Below the pieces are notes generated by a model. That model saw only the letters and a program-made list of their open reading frames with translations, searched no databases and was not told where the DNA came from. Positions 18,439 to 28,103 of a stretch of 64,000 nucleotides of DNA are shown in pieces. The stretch is taken from assembly GCA_965238005.1 (NCBI GenBank), contig OZ250165.1, forward strand, positions 2,272,001 to 2,336,000, written 5' to 3'. Origin of the DNA: Longimicrobiales bacterium. Its GTDB lineage: Bacteria > Gemmatimonadota > Gemmatimonadetes > Longimicrobiales > Gaopeijiaceae. The position numbers were made by a program, and so were the translations under genes. Each line of letters begins with the position of its first letter. Within the stretch, counting starts at the first letter, position 1.

Positions 18439-19566
18439 TCACCCTTTCGTAGCCATCGAATTCAACAGATCTAGCACCAGGTTCTCGTCTACCGGCTGAC
18501 TCCAGGAGTCGTCGGTGCGGTGTACCATACCGATTCGAGAGAGGAGCACAAACCTCGGTCGGCCGAGCCGAGCTTTCTTGTCGAGCCCAAGATATGTCAT
18601 GATCTCCCTCGGCGCGGCCCCGCCCGGCAATACGAGATCTATCTCGAGGATCCCCGCGATCCGGCCGAGACGCTCCGCGACGCCGCGCTCGGTCACTCCC
18701 AGCCGCTCCCCCAGGCGGGCCTCCAGAGACATACCCACGGCCACTGCCGTCCCGTGAGGGACGCCGTATGCAGAGGCGCCTTCGATGGCGTGACCCAGGG
18801 TGTGGCCGAAGTTGAGGACCTCACGCCGGCCTGACTCCCGCTCGTCCGCCGAGACCACCTCGGCCTTGAGCTCCACCGAGCGGGCGACGGCCCACTCCAC
18901 AGGCCCGACCTCGCCGTCCAGCAGCGCAGGCATGTCCCGCTCCAGTTCGTCCAGATAAAGGCCGTCCATGATGGCGCCGTGCTTCACGGCCTCGACCAGT
19001 CCCTGAGCGCGCTCCTCGCGCGGCAGCGTCTGGATCACCTCCGGATCCGCCACCACGAGGTTCGGCGCGTGGAAGGCCCCTACCAGATTCTTGCCTTCCT
19101 CGACGTCCACCCCCGTCTTGCCGCCGACGGAGGCGTCGATCATGGCTACCAAACTGGTTGGCACCTGAACCACAGGAACTCCGCGCATGTAGGTTGCAGC
19201 CACGAAACCGGCCAGGTCCCCCACCACACCTCCACCGAGCGCGACCACGCACGAATCCCGGGCGAAGCCTCCTTTGAGCAGGCCGTCGGTGAGGTCCGCC
19301 CACTGTGTTCTGGTCTTGTGCCGCTCTCCGGCCGGGAACGAGAACAGCTCGACCCCGAGGCCCGCTCCCCGCATGGTTTCGAGCACGGCGTGCCCGTAGA
19401 GCTCAGCAACGGTCGAGTCGGAGATCACGGCGTAGCGATGTGCCGGCGCGTGCTCCCGGAGCAGATCCGGCAGCGAGGCAAGCAAGCCACTCCCCACCAG
19501 CACCCGGTATTCGAAAGCGTGTCCTCCACGGCGTACCGAGGTCGAGACCACGTTGGAAGGGGTCAC
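18439..19566 (-). CDS. aroB: 3-dehydroquinate synthase
   Basis: GE.HK, ALGGGVVGDLAGF, QVPTSL.AM.DASVGGKTG, LNFGHTLGHAIE; GTG start after the upstream stop. Confidence 0.96.
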   Translation of the reverse strand: MTPSNVVSTSVRRGGHAFEYRVLVGSGLLASLPDLLREHAPAHRYAVISDSTVAELYGHAVLETMRGAGLGVELFSFPAGERHKTRTQWADLTDGLLKGGFARDSCVVALGGGVVGDLAGFVAATYMRGVPVVQVPTSLVAMIDASVGGKTGVDVEEGKNLVGAFHAPNLVVADPEVIQTLPREERAQGLVEAVKHGAIMDGLYLDELERDMPALLDGEVGPVEWAVARSVELKAEVVSADERESGRREVLNFGHTLGHAIEGASAYGVPHGTAVAVGMSLEARLGERLGVTERGVAERLGRIAGILEIDLVLPGGAAPREIMTYLGLDKKARLGRPRFVLLSRIGMVHRTDDSWSQPVDENLVLDLLNSMATKG

Positions 19567-19571
19567 GGAGA

Positions 19572-20804
19572 TCAGGACCCCGCCGGGCTCTCCAGAGACG
19601 CCTCCACTCCCGGGGCACCCCCGATCACAAGACGGGCTCCCGGCCGGCCGGCCACATCCATGGCGCCCAAGGAGGCCTCCACAGGGAACCCGCTCAGGTG
19701 CGGCCACAGGGCATCGATGAACCCGTCGCGCTGGCTCTCGCTGTCCCAGACGCTGACCCACACCAGCGCTCGGGTCCCATCCCCATTCTCCAGTAGGAGA
19801 TAACGATCCCCGTCCCAGCCTTCCGCCGAGGCCCGAGAGCCCGTGTGCATCTCCAGCAGGATTCCGGTCTCGAGCTCACCCAAGCTGTCGTCGTAAAGCC
19901 GGCTCCACCCGGCCGGCGTCGTCACGTCCACAGTCACGGGCGAGTCCCGCCCGTCACCGAGGAACTTCTCGGGATGGAGGATCTGCTCGGTGGACACGGG
20001 AAGTTGTGGGCCGAAGGGTGGGGGGCGTCCCGGCCCGTGCTTCCACAGAGCTTCCACGAAGGCGGCTCCGCCAAGATACGGGAAGAGCAGGGACTCCTGG
20101 AGCACCAGAGGTGCCTCGGCCAAAGCCGGTGACTGAGTCCGCGCCGCCTCGAGAGCGGGACGCACCAGCTCGGTGAAGTTCGTGATCTTCGTCAGGTCCA
20201 ACGAGCCTCCCTGCGGCGCCATGAGGAACTCGAACATGACCAGGGTGGCGTGTCCTTCGATGGCCGCCTGTGCCGCCACCTGGCGGTCGTTGCCCAGATC
20301 CGGATCGGTGATGGCATCCAAATCGATGCTCTGATCCTGGATCGCATGGACGAGCTCGTGGACGAGAAGCGACTCCAGAGCCTCCTCGGGCTGATCGTCG
20401 AGGACGAAGAGCGTGGTGGAGTCCGGATCGTAGAAGCCGGCGACTTGTTCCAGATAGAGCCCCTTCAAGACCGCCCGTAGGTTCATATCCCGGGGCACCA
20501 GACCGAAGAGTCCATAGGACTCGGTGAGAAGCTCGGCCTCGGAGTCCGGGAGCTCCTCGTCGAGCTTGAACTCCAGGTAACGCTCCAGCTCGCCACGCGT
20601 GCGGCGCTCCAACCGCACGGGCCCCCGCAGCTCCAGGCCGGAGCGGTTCGCCAGATCGGGTAGGAGCGCGGCGGCAGCCCGGGCCAACAACGGGTCTGAC
20701 GACGTCACGAGGGCGGCCGCTTGGTCCGTCTGGGCCGGGGAGCACGCCACGCACGTGGCGAGTGGGATCGCCAGAAAAGAGATCACCCTTGCCCCTATCT
20801 GCAC
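19572..20804 (-). CDS. Putative zinc metallopeptidase lipoprotein (start approximate)
   Basis: VAGFYDP, HELVHAIQDQ, A.IEGHA, FPYLGG, STEQILHPEK; lipobox-like VAC. Confidence 0.75.
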   Translation of the reverse strand: MQIGARVISFLAIPLATCVACSPAQTDQAAALVTSSDPLLARAAAALLPDLANRSGLELRGPVRLERRTRGELERYLEFKLDEELPDSEAELLTESYGLFGLVPRDMNLRAVLKGLYLEQVAGFYDPDSTTLFVLDDQPEEALESLLVHELVHAIQDQSIDLDAITDPDLGNDRQVAAQAAIEGHATLVMFEFLMAPQGGSLDLTKITNFTELVRPALEAARTQSPALAEAPLVLQESLLFPYLGGAAFVEALWKHGPGRPPPFGPQLPVSTEQILHPEKFLGDGRDSPVTVDVTTPAGWSRLYDDSLGELETGILLEMHTGSRASAEGWDGDRYLLLENGDGTRALVWVSVWDSESQRDGFIDALWPHLSGFPVEASLGAMDVAGRPGARLVIGGAPGVEASLESPAGS

Positions 20805-20820
20805 CTGTCGCAAACGGAGG

Positions 20821-21186
20821 TCACCCCCCCGCGGGAGCCCGGCCATACCGGTCCTCCAAGCGGACGACGTCGCTGAGATGGGGGGTGGAGGCCTCGAGCA
20901 CATCACAGTCCGTGACGGCGATCATGCGATGGATGGTGCCTGCCCGTACGTGATAGCTCTCGCCGGCCTTCAGATCTATGTCCTCGAGCTCATCGGGTGA
21001 CGCGCCCGCTTCGAATCTCATCTCGCCAGAAAGCAGGTGTATGGTCTCGTCCTTTTGCTCATGGTACTGCAGAGAAAGAGCCTCACCAGCCCGGATATGG
21101 AGGATCTTGCCCACGTACTCTTCTGTCTCGGCCCAGATGAGCTCATGGCCCCAGGGCTTTTCCACGCGTGTTGGGGTTCGTTTCAA
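20821..21186 (-). CDS. Cupin-domain protein (mannose-6-phosphate isomerase type II C-terminal-like)
   Basis: VEKPWG, LSLQYH..KDE, GTIHR, EASTP..DVVRLEDRYGR. Confidence 0.88.
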   Translation of the reverse strand: MKRTPTRVEKPWGHELIWAETEEYVGKILHIRAGEALSLQYHEQKDETIHLLSGEMRFEAGASPDELEDIDLKAGESYHVRAGTIHRMIAVTDCDVLEASTPHLSDVVRLEDRYGRAPAGG

Positions 21187-21194
21187 GGTCGGGA

Positions 21195-21731
21195 TCAGTC
21201 GGCTTCGGCCTGAAGAAGATGCAGCGTTTGGAGCTCGGCTTCCAGGTCGGCGAGCATGCGCTCCACCACCGCCGCCAGATCGGCGTCCAGCGGCTCCGTC
21301 GGTTGCCACGCCCCATCTGTGGTGGTGCGCGCCTGATACTCCGACCGGAGGCTGAAGCGGAAGGGGGTGGACGTCCCTCCTCTACCGGCCGCCCCCCTGC
21401 GACCCTGGATGGTGATCCGGTAGCGGGTGTCAGTGTACCCGGCCGAGCGCCCTTCCGGCGTGGGATCCCGTGACTCCCACTCGAACTCGTAGGTCACCGT
21501 CCGGAGCTGCTCCTCCTGGCGACTCAGCGTATGGCCGTAGCGGCCGACGACCACGGCATCCATGGCTGCCCTGAAGCGGTCTGCGTCAACACGCCCCAGA
21601 TCTCGCGTACCAAGCACGCCCTGCGGCTGTGGCGCGGCGCTCTCCCTGGGCCCGCCCGCTCCACCACCTCCACCACACGCCAGAGCAGGGCCGGAAATCA
21701 GGATAGCGAATGCGAGAGTGGTCCGCTTCAT
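21195..21731 (-). CDS. Hypothetical lipoprotein
   Basis: MKR + hydrophobic stretch + LAC lipobox; GGAG upstream. Confidence 0.7.
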   Translation of the reverse strand: MKRTTLAFAILISGPALACGGGGGAGGPRESAAPQPQGVLGTRDLGRVDADRFRAAMDAVVVGRYGHTLSRQEEQLRTVTYEFEWESRDPTPEGRSAGYTDTRYRITIQGRRGAAGRGGTSTPFRFSLRSEYQARTTTDGAWQPTEPLDADLAAVVERMLADLEAELQTLHLLQAEAD

Positions 21732-21805
21732 GTGCGTCTCTGGTGTGAAGGACGAGCCGTCGGTGTCTACACCGGCCGGTGACGAATGTCACTACACCCG
21801 GTTCA

Positions 21806-21821
21806 TGGCATGAAAGCTGCA
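21806..21821 (+). promoter_or_regulatory. Possible sigma54 -24/-12 element upstream of PBP1A
   Basis: TGGCATGAAAGCTGCA (GG-N10-GC) in a divergent intergenic region. Confidence 0.35.
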
Positions 21822-21993
21822 ATCACGTGGGAGCTCCCGCGATGGTAGGGACCCTGGTGGTCGCTGACCGGTACTTCGAGATTGTCCGAGAGCGTCCCCG
21901 TGTCGGCGCTCCGGCTGGGGCCCGAGCCACAGCACGAGGCCCGAACCGCAGCGCGGGGTCCGAGCCGCACATGAACCGACGGAGAACGAATCT

Positions 21994-24129
21994 GTGATCA
22001 AGAAGCCATGGCATCCTCGGCTGTTGCTTCTCACCGTCTTTCTCTTGGTCGGGGTGGGGTCCGGGTTGGCGTGGGGATCTTGGCAGAACCTCTGCTCCGA
22101 CTGTCCTTCGGTCGCCCAGATCCGCACCTTCGAGCCCGAACAGACCAGCAAGCTTTACAGCCACGACGGCAGGCTCCTCGCGGAGATCGGCATCGAGCGT
22201 CGCACGCCCGTGTCCATCAACGCACTCCCGGACTACGTGCGGCACGCGTTCGTAGCGGTGGAGGACAAGCGCTTCTACGACCACCACGGCGTGGACATCC
22301 GCGGAGTTGCCAGGGCGGTGGTGGGTGTGCTGACCGGGCGTAATCTGGGAGGGGGCAGCACCATCACACAGCAGCTCGCCCGGAACATGTTCGAGAGCCA
22401 GATCGGGTTCGAGCGACGCATCGTACGGAAGCTGAAGGAGCTCCAGGTGGCGTTCGCCCTCGAGCGATCGTACACGAAAGACCAGATCCTCGAAGCCTAC
22501 GTCAACGAGATCAACTACGGTCACGGCTGGTGGGGCATCCAGACCGCTGCCCGGAACTATTTCGCCAAGAACGCGTCGGATCTGAATCCTGCGGAGACGG
22601 CACTCCTGGCGGCCATCCCCAACCTGCCCGCCTACTACAGCCCCCTTCTCCGCCCCGAGAACGCGCGGCGGCGCCGTGACCTGGTGCTACGGCGCATGGT
22701 GGAGCAGGGCTTCCTCCCGCCCGAGGATCTGGAGCGGTACACGGCCGCCGCCATCCCGACCGAACGGGCCGTGGCGGGTGGAAGCATCGCCCCGTACTTC
22801 GAGGAGTGGGTCCGCCAGATTCTGGACGACCGCTTCGGGAGCAAGCTCTACACGGCGGGCTTGAGGATCTACACCACCCTGGACGTCCGCATGCAGCGGG
22901 CCGCCGAGGTCTCCATGAGAGAGGGATGGGCGCGCATCGAGGCCCGACCCGGCTTCGAGCACTTGACGTACGAGGCCTACCAGGACTCCGTCGCCGCAGG
23001 AGTCGACGTCTCCGAGCTTCTCTACGTGCAGGGGGTCTTCGTGGCGCTCGATCCGTGGACTGGCTCCGTCCGGGCCATGATCGGTGGACGGGACTTCCAG
23101 GTGTCGAAGTTCAACCGGGCGACCCAGGCGCTCCGGCAGGCCGGCTCCGGGTTCAAGCCGTTCGTCTACACCGCCGCCGTGGCCGCTCGCATTCCCCCGA
23201 CGTTCGTGGTGCTGGACGCGCCGGTGGTGACCATGCAGGTCGACGGCACCGAGTGGAGGCCGGCCAACTTCTCCAACCGGTTCGAAGGGCCCATGACCAT
23301 CCACACGGGCCTCATGAAGTCGCAGAACATCATTGCCATCAAGCTGGCCCAGGAGGTGGGGCTCGAGAGCGTTGCGCAGACGGCCCGGCGGATGGGGATC
23401 AGGAGTGAGATCGAGCGCTACCCGTCCACCGCCATCGGGGCGGCCGAGGTGATCCCCCTGGAGATGGCCGAGGCGTACTCCACCTTCGCGAACCACGGCA
23501 CCAAGGTGCGTCCCTTCCCCATCCTGAGGGTAGAGGACGCCCAGGGCCGCATCATCTGGGACCCAGAGCCCGAGCGGACACAGGTCCTGGATCCTCTGGT
23601 GGCCCGGATCATGATCTCCATGCTGCAAAGCGTGGTGGACGGGGGTACCGCGAACATCGCCATCCGTATCGTGGCTGGGCTCAATCGGGAAGTGGTGGCC
23701 GCGGGAAAGACCGGCACGACCAACGACGGCACCGACGTGTGGTTCAACGGGGTCACGCCGAACCTCATGGCCACCGTGTGGTTCGGGTTGGACCTGCCCC
23801 GGGAGATCCGACCTTCCGCCACCGGTGGAGGCGACGCCGCCCCCGTGTGGGGGAGCTTCATGCGTCGCGTCTACTACGGGGATCCGGAGACCCTCGACGA
23901 GGAGATGCGCGAGCCGGTCCTGCCCATCCCCGAGCCGTGGCCGATCCCGGAGGGCCTCGTCACCCGGCTAATCGACAAGACCACCGGAAAGCTGGCGTCT
24001 CAGTGGTGCCCCCAGGAGGACCAGATCCTGGAGCTCTTCCTGCCGGGAACGGAGCCTACCGAGTACTGCGATCGTGACGACTCCCGCCTCTTCCGGATCC
24101 CCGCCGACATCGGCGAGAGGGGGAACTGA
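21994..24129 (+). CDS. mrcA: Class A penicillin-binding protein 1A
   Basis: EDKRFYDH.G, GGSTITQQL, RKLKE (glycosyltransferase); SGFK, SQN, KTG (transpeptidase). Confidence 0.95.
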   Translation: MIKKPWHPRLLLLTVFLLVGVGSGLAWGSWQNLCSDCPSVAQIRTFEPEQTSKLYSHDGRLLAEIGIERRTPVSINALPDYVRHAFVAVEDKRFYDHHGVDIRGVARAVVGVLTGRNLGGGSTITQQLARNMFESQIGFERRIVRKLKELQVAFALERSYTKDQILEAYVNEINYGHGWWGIQTAARNYFAKNASDLNPAETALLAAIPNLPAYYSPLLRPENARRRRDLVLRRMVEQGFLPPEDLERYTAAAIPTERAVAGGSIAPYFEEWVRQILDDRFGSKLYTAGLRIYTTLDVRMQRAAEVSMREGWARIEARPGFEHLTYEAYQDSVAAGVDVSELLYVQGVFVALDPWTGSVRAMIGGRDFQVSKFNRATQALRQAGSGFKPFVYTAAVAARIPPTFVVLDAPVVTMQVDGTEWRPANFSNRFEGPMTIHTGLMKSQNIIAIKLAQEVGLESVAQTARRMGIRSEIERYPSTAIGAAEVIPLEMAEAYSTFANHGTKVRPFPILRVEDAQGRIIWDPEPERTQVLDPLVARIMISMLQSVVDGGTANIAIRIVAGLNREVVAAGKTGTTNDGTDVWFNGVTPNLMATVWFGLDLPREIRPSATGGGDAAPVWGSFMRRVYYGDPETLDEEMREPVLPIPEPWPIPEGLVTRLIDKTTGKLASQWCPQEDQILELFLPGTEPTEYCDRDDSRLFRIPADIGERGN

Positions 24130-24188
24130 GCTCCGGTTCTGGCGCCGTGGGGGACGGCCGCTTCTGACCCCCGACGTCGAGCGGCTCC

Positions 24189-25523
24189 CTAGGAGCCGAG
24201 CACCTCTACGCCGTCCCGGGTGACGCGGTGCGAGATCAGGGGTAGAGCCGGCAGATCTGCCTCCAAGCCGACCCGAACCGCCTCCCTCAACGCACGGACC
24301 GCCACCTCCGCCGAGGCCTCGTCCGTGGCGTGCACCTCGCCCAACAAATCACCGGAAGCCAGGTGATCGCCCGGGTGAGCCGACACCACGAACCCGACGC
24401 CGGGATCGATGGTGTCTCCTATCTCCCGGCGACCCCCACCCATCTCCACCACCGCATGGCCGAGGGGCCGGGGAGACACTTCCTGGACGACCCCGTCCGT
24501 CTCAGCGCGGACCTCCACCTGCACCAGTGCACGCGGCAGGCGGTCGGGGGCCTCGATGATCGACGCGTCTCCCCCCTGGGCATCGACGAGTCGACCGAAC
24601 CGCTCCAAGGCCACTCCCGATGCCAGGGTCTCGCGGCAGCGGTCCTCGGCTTCTGCCGCGTCGGACGCCGCCCCACCCAGCACGAGCATCTCACCGGTCA
24701 ATGCCACCACGACGTCCCTGAGATCGGAAGGCCCTTCGCCTCCGAGGCACTCGACCGCCTCGCCTACCTCCAAGGCGTTTCCGATGGCCCGTCCCAGGGG
24801 ACGGTCCATGGCCGTAACGAGGGCCACGGTGGGGGTGCCCCACCTACTCCCGATGTCCACCATGGTCCGCGCCAGTGCCAGTGTGTCCTCCAGATCCGGG
24901 AGAAAGGCCCCGGAGCCCGCCTTAACGTCGAGAACGAGCCCGTCCAACCCCTCCGCGAGCTTCTTGCTCATGATGCTGGCGGAGATCAAGGGGATGGCCG
25001 GAACGGACCCGGTGACGTTGCGCAGCTCGTAGAGGCGCTTGTCCAGAGGCGCGATCTCGGCGGTCTGGCCGATCATGGCGCACCCAACGCTTTCGAGGAT
25101 ATCCCCGAACTCGGAGAGGCTCACATCGGTGCGAAAGCCGGGGATGGCCTCGAGCTTGTCGAGGGTGCCGCCGGAATGCCCCAGGCCGCGGCCCGACATC
25201 ATTGGGACGAAAAGGCCGAGCTCCGCGGCCAGAGGGGCGAGGACCAGAGAGACTTTGTCACCCACGCCACCCGTGGAGTGCTTGTCCACCTTCGAACCGG
25301 GGAGGTGGTTCAGCTCCAGCACGTCGCCAGAATGGAGCATGACCTCGACGAGGCACTCGAGCTCCCCGGGAGAGAGCCCCTGGAAGAGAACCGCCATGAG
25401 GAAGGCGGACATCTGATAGTGGGGTAGCTCGTCCTCGAGGTATGCCCTCAGAAAGGCCTCGAGATCCTCAGGATCGAGCCCGTGGCCGTCCCGTTTCTCC
25501 TCGATTAGGCGGGAGGGAATCAA
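24189..25523 (-). CDS. deoA: Thymidine/pyrimidine-nucleoside phosphorylase
   Basis: DKHSTGGVGDK, MSGRGLGHSGGTLDKLE, SIMSKK. Confidence 0.93.
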   Translation of the reverse strand: MIPSRLIEEKRDGHGLDPEDLEAFLRAYLEDELPHYQMSAFLMAVLFQGLSPGELECLVEVMLHSGDVLELNHLPGSKVDKHSTGGVGDKVSLVLAPLAAELGLFVPMMSGRGLGHSGGTLDKLEAIPGFRTDVSLSEFGDILESVGCAMIGQTAEIAPLDKRLYELRNVTGSVPAIPLISASIMSKKLAEGLDGLVLDVKAGSGAFLPDLEDTLALARTMVDIGSRWGTPTVALVTAMDRPLGRAIGNALEVGEAVECLGGEGPSDLRDVVVALTGEMLVLGGAASDAAEAEDRCRETLASGVALERFGRLVDAQGGDASIIEAPDRLPRALVQVEVRAETDGVVQEVSPRPLGHAVVEMGGGRREIGDTIDPGVGFVVSAHPGDHLASGDLLGEVHATDEASAEVAVRALREAVRVGLEADLPALPLISHRVTRDGVEVLGS

Positions 25524-25539
25524 CGAGGTTCCGTCCTCA

Positions 25540-25788
25540 TCACTTCGTTATCAAGCGCTTGCGGGCCCCACGGACCGCATCGTCTACCCTCGCCTTCACA
25601 TCCTCCGCGAAATCGTCCAGCTGATCCGTAGCGGAGTCCTTCAGCCCTCCTGCCACCCGACGGATCTTTCGACGGGTCCGGTTTCCGGCATCCGGGGCCG
25701 TGAGCAGGGCGATGCCCGCTCCGACGATAGCCCCTAGAAGGAAGCCGGATACGAAGTTCATGGCATTCACATCCTGGTCGTATTCCAT
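25540..25788 (-). CDS. YtxH-domain protein
   Basis: FVSGFLLGAIVGAGIALLTAP..G..TR; GGGAG SD. Confidence 0.85.
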   Translation of the reverse strand: MEYDQDVNAMNFVSGFLLGAIVGAGIALLTAPDAGNRTRRKIRRVAGGLKDSATDQLDDFAEDVKARVDDAVRGARKRLITK

Positions 25789-25802
25789 CGTCGACTCCCG
25801 GA

Positions 25803-25830
25803 AGCCTGTTGAAGAAGTGGGGCGAGCCAC
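25803..25830. repeat. Remnant MITE end
   Basis: agcctgttgaagaagt..gcgagccac resembles 62081-62108. Confidence 0.5.
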
Positions 25831-25989
25831 GCCACGTGCAACACATGCCCGGCCGTCGTCTCCGACGCCGGCGCACCCCGCTTCGAGTTGTCGTCTTCGT
25901 CACCCGGACCGGCCGGAAAGGGCCACTCCGGGTGTATATTGAGCACCGGTCGTATGTACTAATGTATCCGAACCTTTTGTAAGGGGGAT

Positions 25990-26415
25990 ATGCGCGCCCT
26001 GGGAATCGATTTCGGCGAGCGGCGGGTCGGTGTCGCGGTTAGCGACCCGACCGGCGTAATCGCCCAACCACTCCCCACCCTCCGACGGAGGGCGGGCAAG
26101 CGCATGCCCCTTCGAGCCCTCGAAGAGCTCGCTGAGGAGTATGGGGTCCAGGTCATCGTGGTGGGACTTCCCTTGGCCCTTTCGGGAGACGACACGGACT
26201 GGACGCGCACGGTGCGGGACGTCGCCGGCAAGCTGGAAGAGCGGTCGGGGCTGCCAGTCCAGCTCGTGGATGAGCGCTTCACCTCCGCCCGGGCCGAGCG
26301 GGCGGTCCGGAGCCTCGGTCTCCCCAAGAGCAAGAGAGAGGAGAAAGACCGGGTGGATGCGGCTGCCGCCGTGCTGATCCTTCAGAGCTGGCTGGACACA
26401 CAGAGAGGCTCATGA
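25990..26415 (+). CDS. ruvX: YqgF/RuvX nuclease
   Basis: LGIDFGERRVGVAVSD, VVGLP, DERFTS, D..AAVLILQ. Confidence 0.95.
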   Translation: MRALGIDFGERRVGVAVSDPTGVIAQPLPTLRRRAGKRMPLRALEELAEEYGVQVIVVGLPLALSGDDTDWTRTVRDVAGKLEERSGLPVQLVDERFTSARAERAVRSLGLPKSKREEKDRVDAAAAVLILQSWLDTQRGS

Positions 26416-27422
26416 GACCCGCCCGGCTCCGGAGGCCCACGCTGCTCCTCGCTCAAGCCCTCGTGGCGTGCCTCGCCTACGTCGCCTGCAGTTCGGGTGA
26501 GCCGGGCGAACCGGTGAGGGTCACTGTTCCGCCGGGCGTGACCTTCGAGACCGTCCTGGACACGCTGGTGGAGCGTGGAGTCGTGATCGGGCCCCGTCGA
26601 TTCCGACTCTACGCTCGACTGAAAGGCGCCGATCGCCAGATCCGAGCAGGGGACTACGACCTGGTCCCGGGCGGGGCTTGGAGCGAGATCCTCGAGTTCC
26701 TCACGACGGGTCGGGTCAGCACTGAGGAAATCACGATCCCCGAAGGCTTTACGCTCGCCGCCATGGTCGATCGGATCGCCGAAGTCACGGAAGAGCATCC
26801 GGACAGCGTCCGGGCGGGTCTGTCGGATCCCTTGGCCCACGAGCGCTGGAACGTCCCGGGTCCCGGCCTCGAAGGGTACCTTTTCCCCGATACCTACCGC
26901 TTCGCCAGGGGCGTCGGCCTCGACGTGGTCGTGGAGGCCATGATCGACCAATACCGCTCGATGTGGACACCCCAGCGGGTGGCGCGACTCGACGAGCTCG
27001 AGATGAGCGAAGCGGAGGTCGTTACCCTGGCCTCCATCATCCAGGCCGAAGTGCGGCAGGTTTGGGAGATGCCCACCATCTCGGCCGTGTACCACAATCG
27101 GCTCCGCCTGGGGTACCTCCTCCAGGCGGATCCGACCGTCCTGTATGCTCTGGGTGGCCGTCGCGAACGACTGTTGTTCGCGGCCATCGACTCCGTAGCC
27201 GACAGTCCCTACAACACCTACACTCGAAGGGGTCTTCCCCCGGGACCCATCGGGGCGCCGGGCGACGCCGCGCTGCAAGCCGCTCTCTATCCCTCGGACG
27301 AGCCCTACCTCTACTTCGTAGCGCGCCCGGATGGTAGCCACCTCTTCACCAACAGCCTCGAGGAGCACAATCGGGCACGTGGGGTCGCCCGCAGGGAGTG
27401 GGACGAGTCGAACCGCCCCTAA
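26412..27422 (+). CDS. mltG: Endolytic transglycosylase MltG
   Basis: ITIPEG, LEGYLFPDTY, LASIIQAE, LQADPTV, SPYNTY..GLPPGPI. Confidence 0.95.
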   Translation: MRPARLRRPTLLLAQALVACLAYVACSSGEPGEPVRVTVPPGVTFETVLDTLVERGVVIGPRRFRLYARLKGADRQIRAGDYDLVPGGAWSEILEFLTTGRVSTEEITIPEGFTLAAMVDRIAEVTEEHPDSVRAGLSDPLAHERWNVPGPGLEGYLFPDTYRFARGVGLDVVVEAMIDQYRSMWTPQRVARLDELEMSEAEVVTLASIIQAEVRQVWEMPTISAVYHNRLRLGYLLQADPTVLYALGGRRERLLFAAIDSVADSPYNTYTRRGLPPGPIGAPGDAALQAALYPSDEPYLYFVARPDGSHLFTNSLEEHNRARGVARREWDESNRP

Positions 27423-27424
27423 GG

Positions 27425-27442
27425 GGCCTGTGGAAGGAGTAC
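27425..27442. repeat. Remnant MITE end identical to 18119-18136
   Basis: ggcctgtggaaggagtac, an 18/18 match, two bases after the mltG TAA. Confidence 0.65.
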
Positions 27443-27450
27443 GGTCACCG

Positions 27451-28095
27451 GTGGATCACTCCCAGCTCGGCAGACGGCTTCGCCTCGTGGTGATCACGGA
27501 TGAGAGCCTGGCCGAGCCCCTCGGACTCGAGCACGTGCTCAGCCAGGCCCTGGAGGCGGGGGCGCCAGCTATCCAGCTGAGGGCCAAGGACGCCACCCCC
27601 CGAGAGGTCACGGCCATGGCTCGGAGACTCCTTCCCATGATGCGCTCCGCAGGCGCCCTCTTCTTCGTGAACGACCGGCTGGACGTCGCCCTCACTACCG
27701 GCGCCGACGGAGTCCATCTCGGGCCCGACGACCCGCCGGTCAAAGAAGTCCGGTCCGCCGTCCCCAGGGACTTCATCGTGGGATACTCCACCGACGATCC
27801 CGAAGAAGCCGCAAGAGCCGAGGCGGACGGCGCCGACTACCTCGGCTCCGGCACGGTCTATCCGACGACCAACAAGTCCGACCCCGGAGAGGTGATCGGC
27901 CTGTCGGGGCTCCAGCGTGTCGTTGAGGCCGTGTCGATCCCGGTGGTGGGAATCGGAGGCATCACCCCGGAGCGAGCGGCCGACGTGGCCGGAGTCGGGG
28001 CCCGAGGTGTCGCGGTCATCGGGGCGGTCATGAGCGCCCCGGATCCGGGGGAGGCCGTGCGGGGGCTCCTGAGGCCGTTCGGATCCGACGCGTAG
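27451..28095 (+). CDS. thiE: Thiamine phosphate synthase
   Basis: IQLRAK, VNDRLDVA, DGVHLG, GYST, PTTNK, GIGGI. Confidence 0.95.
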   Translation: MDHSQLGRRLRLVVITDESLAEPLGLEHVLSQALEAGAPAIQLRAKDATPREVTAMARRLLPMMRSAGALFFVNDRLDVALTTGADGVHLGPDDPPVKEVRSAVPRDFIVGYSTDDPEEAARAEADGADYLGSGTVYPTTNKSDPGEVIGLSGLQRVVEAVSIPVVGIGGITPERAADVAGVGARGVAVIGAVMSAPDPGEAVRGLLRPFGSDA

Positions 28096-28103
28096 CCTCC
28101 CGT

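Noticed and set aside
25836..25851. sigma54 promoter for the YtxH gene
   Set aside because: GG-to-GC spacing is 8-9 nt, not 10
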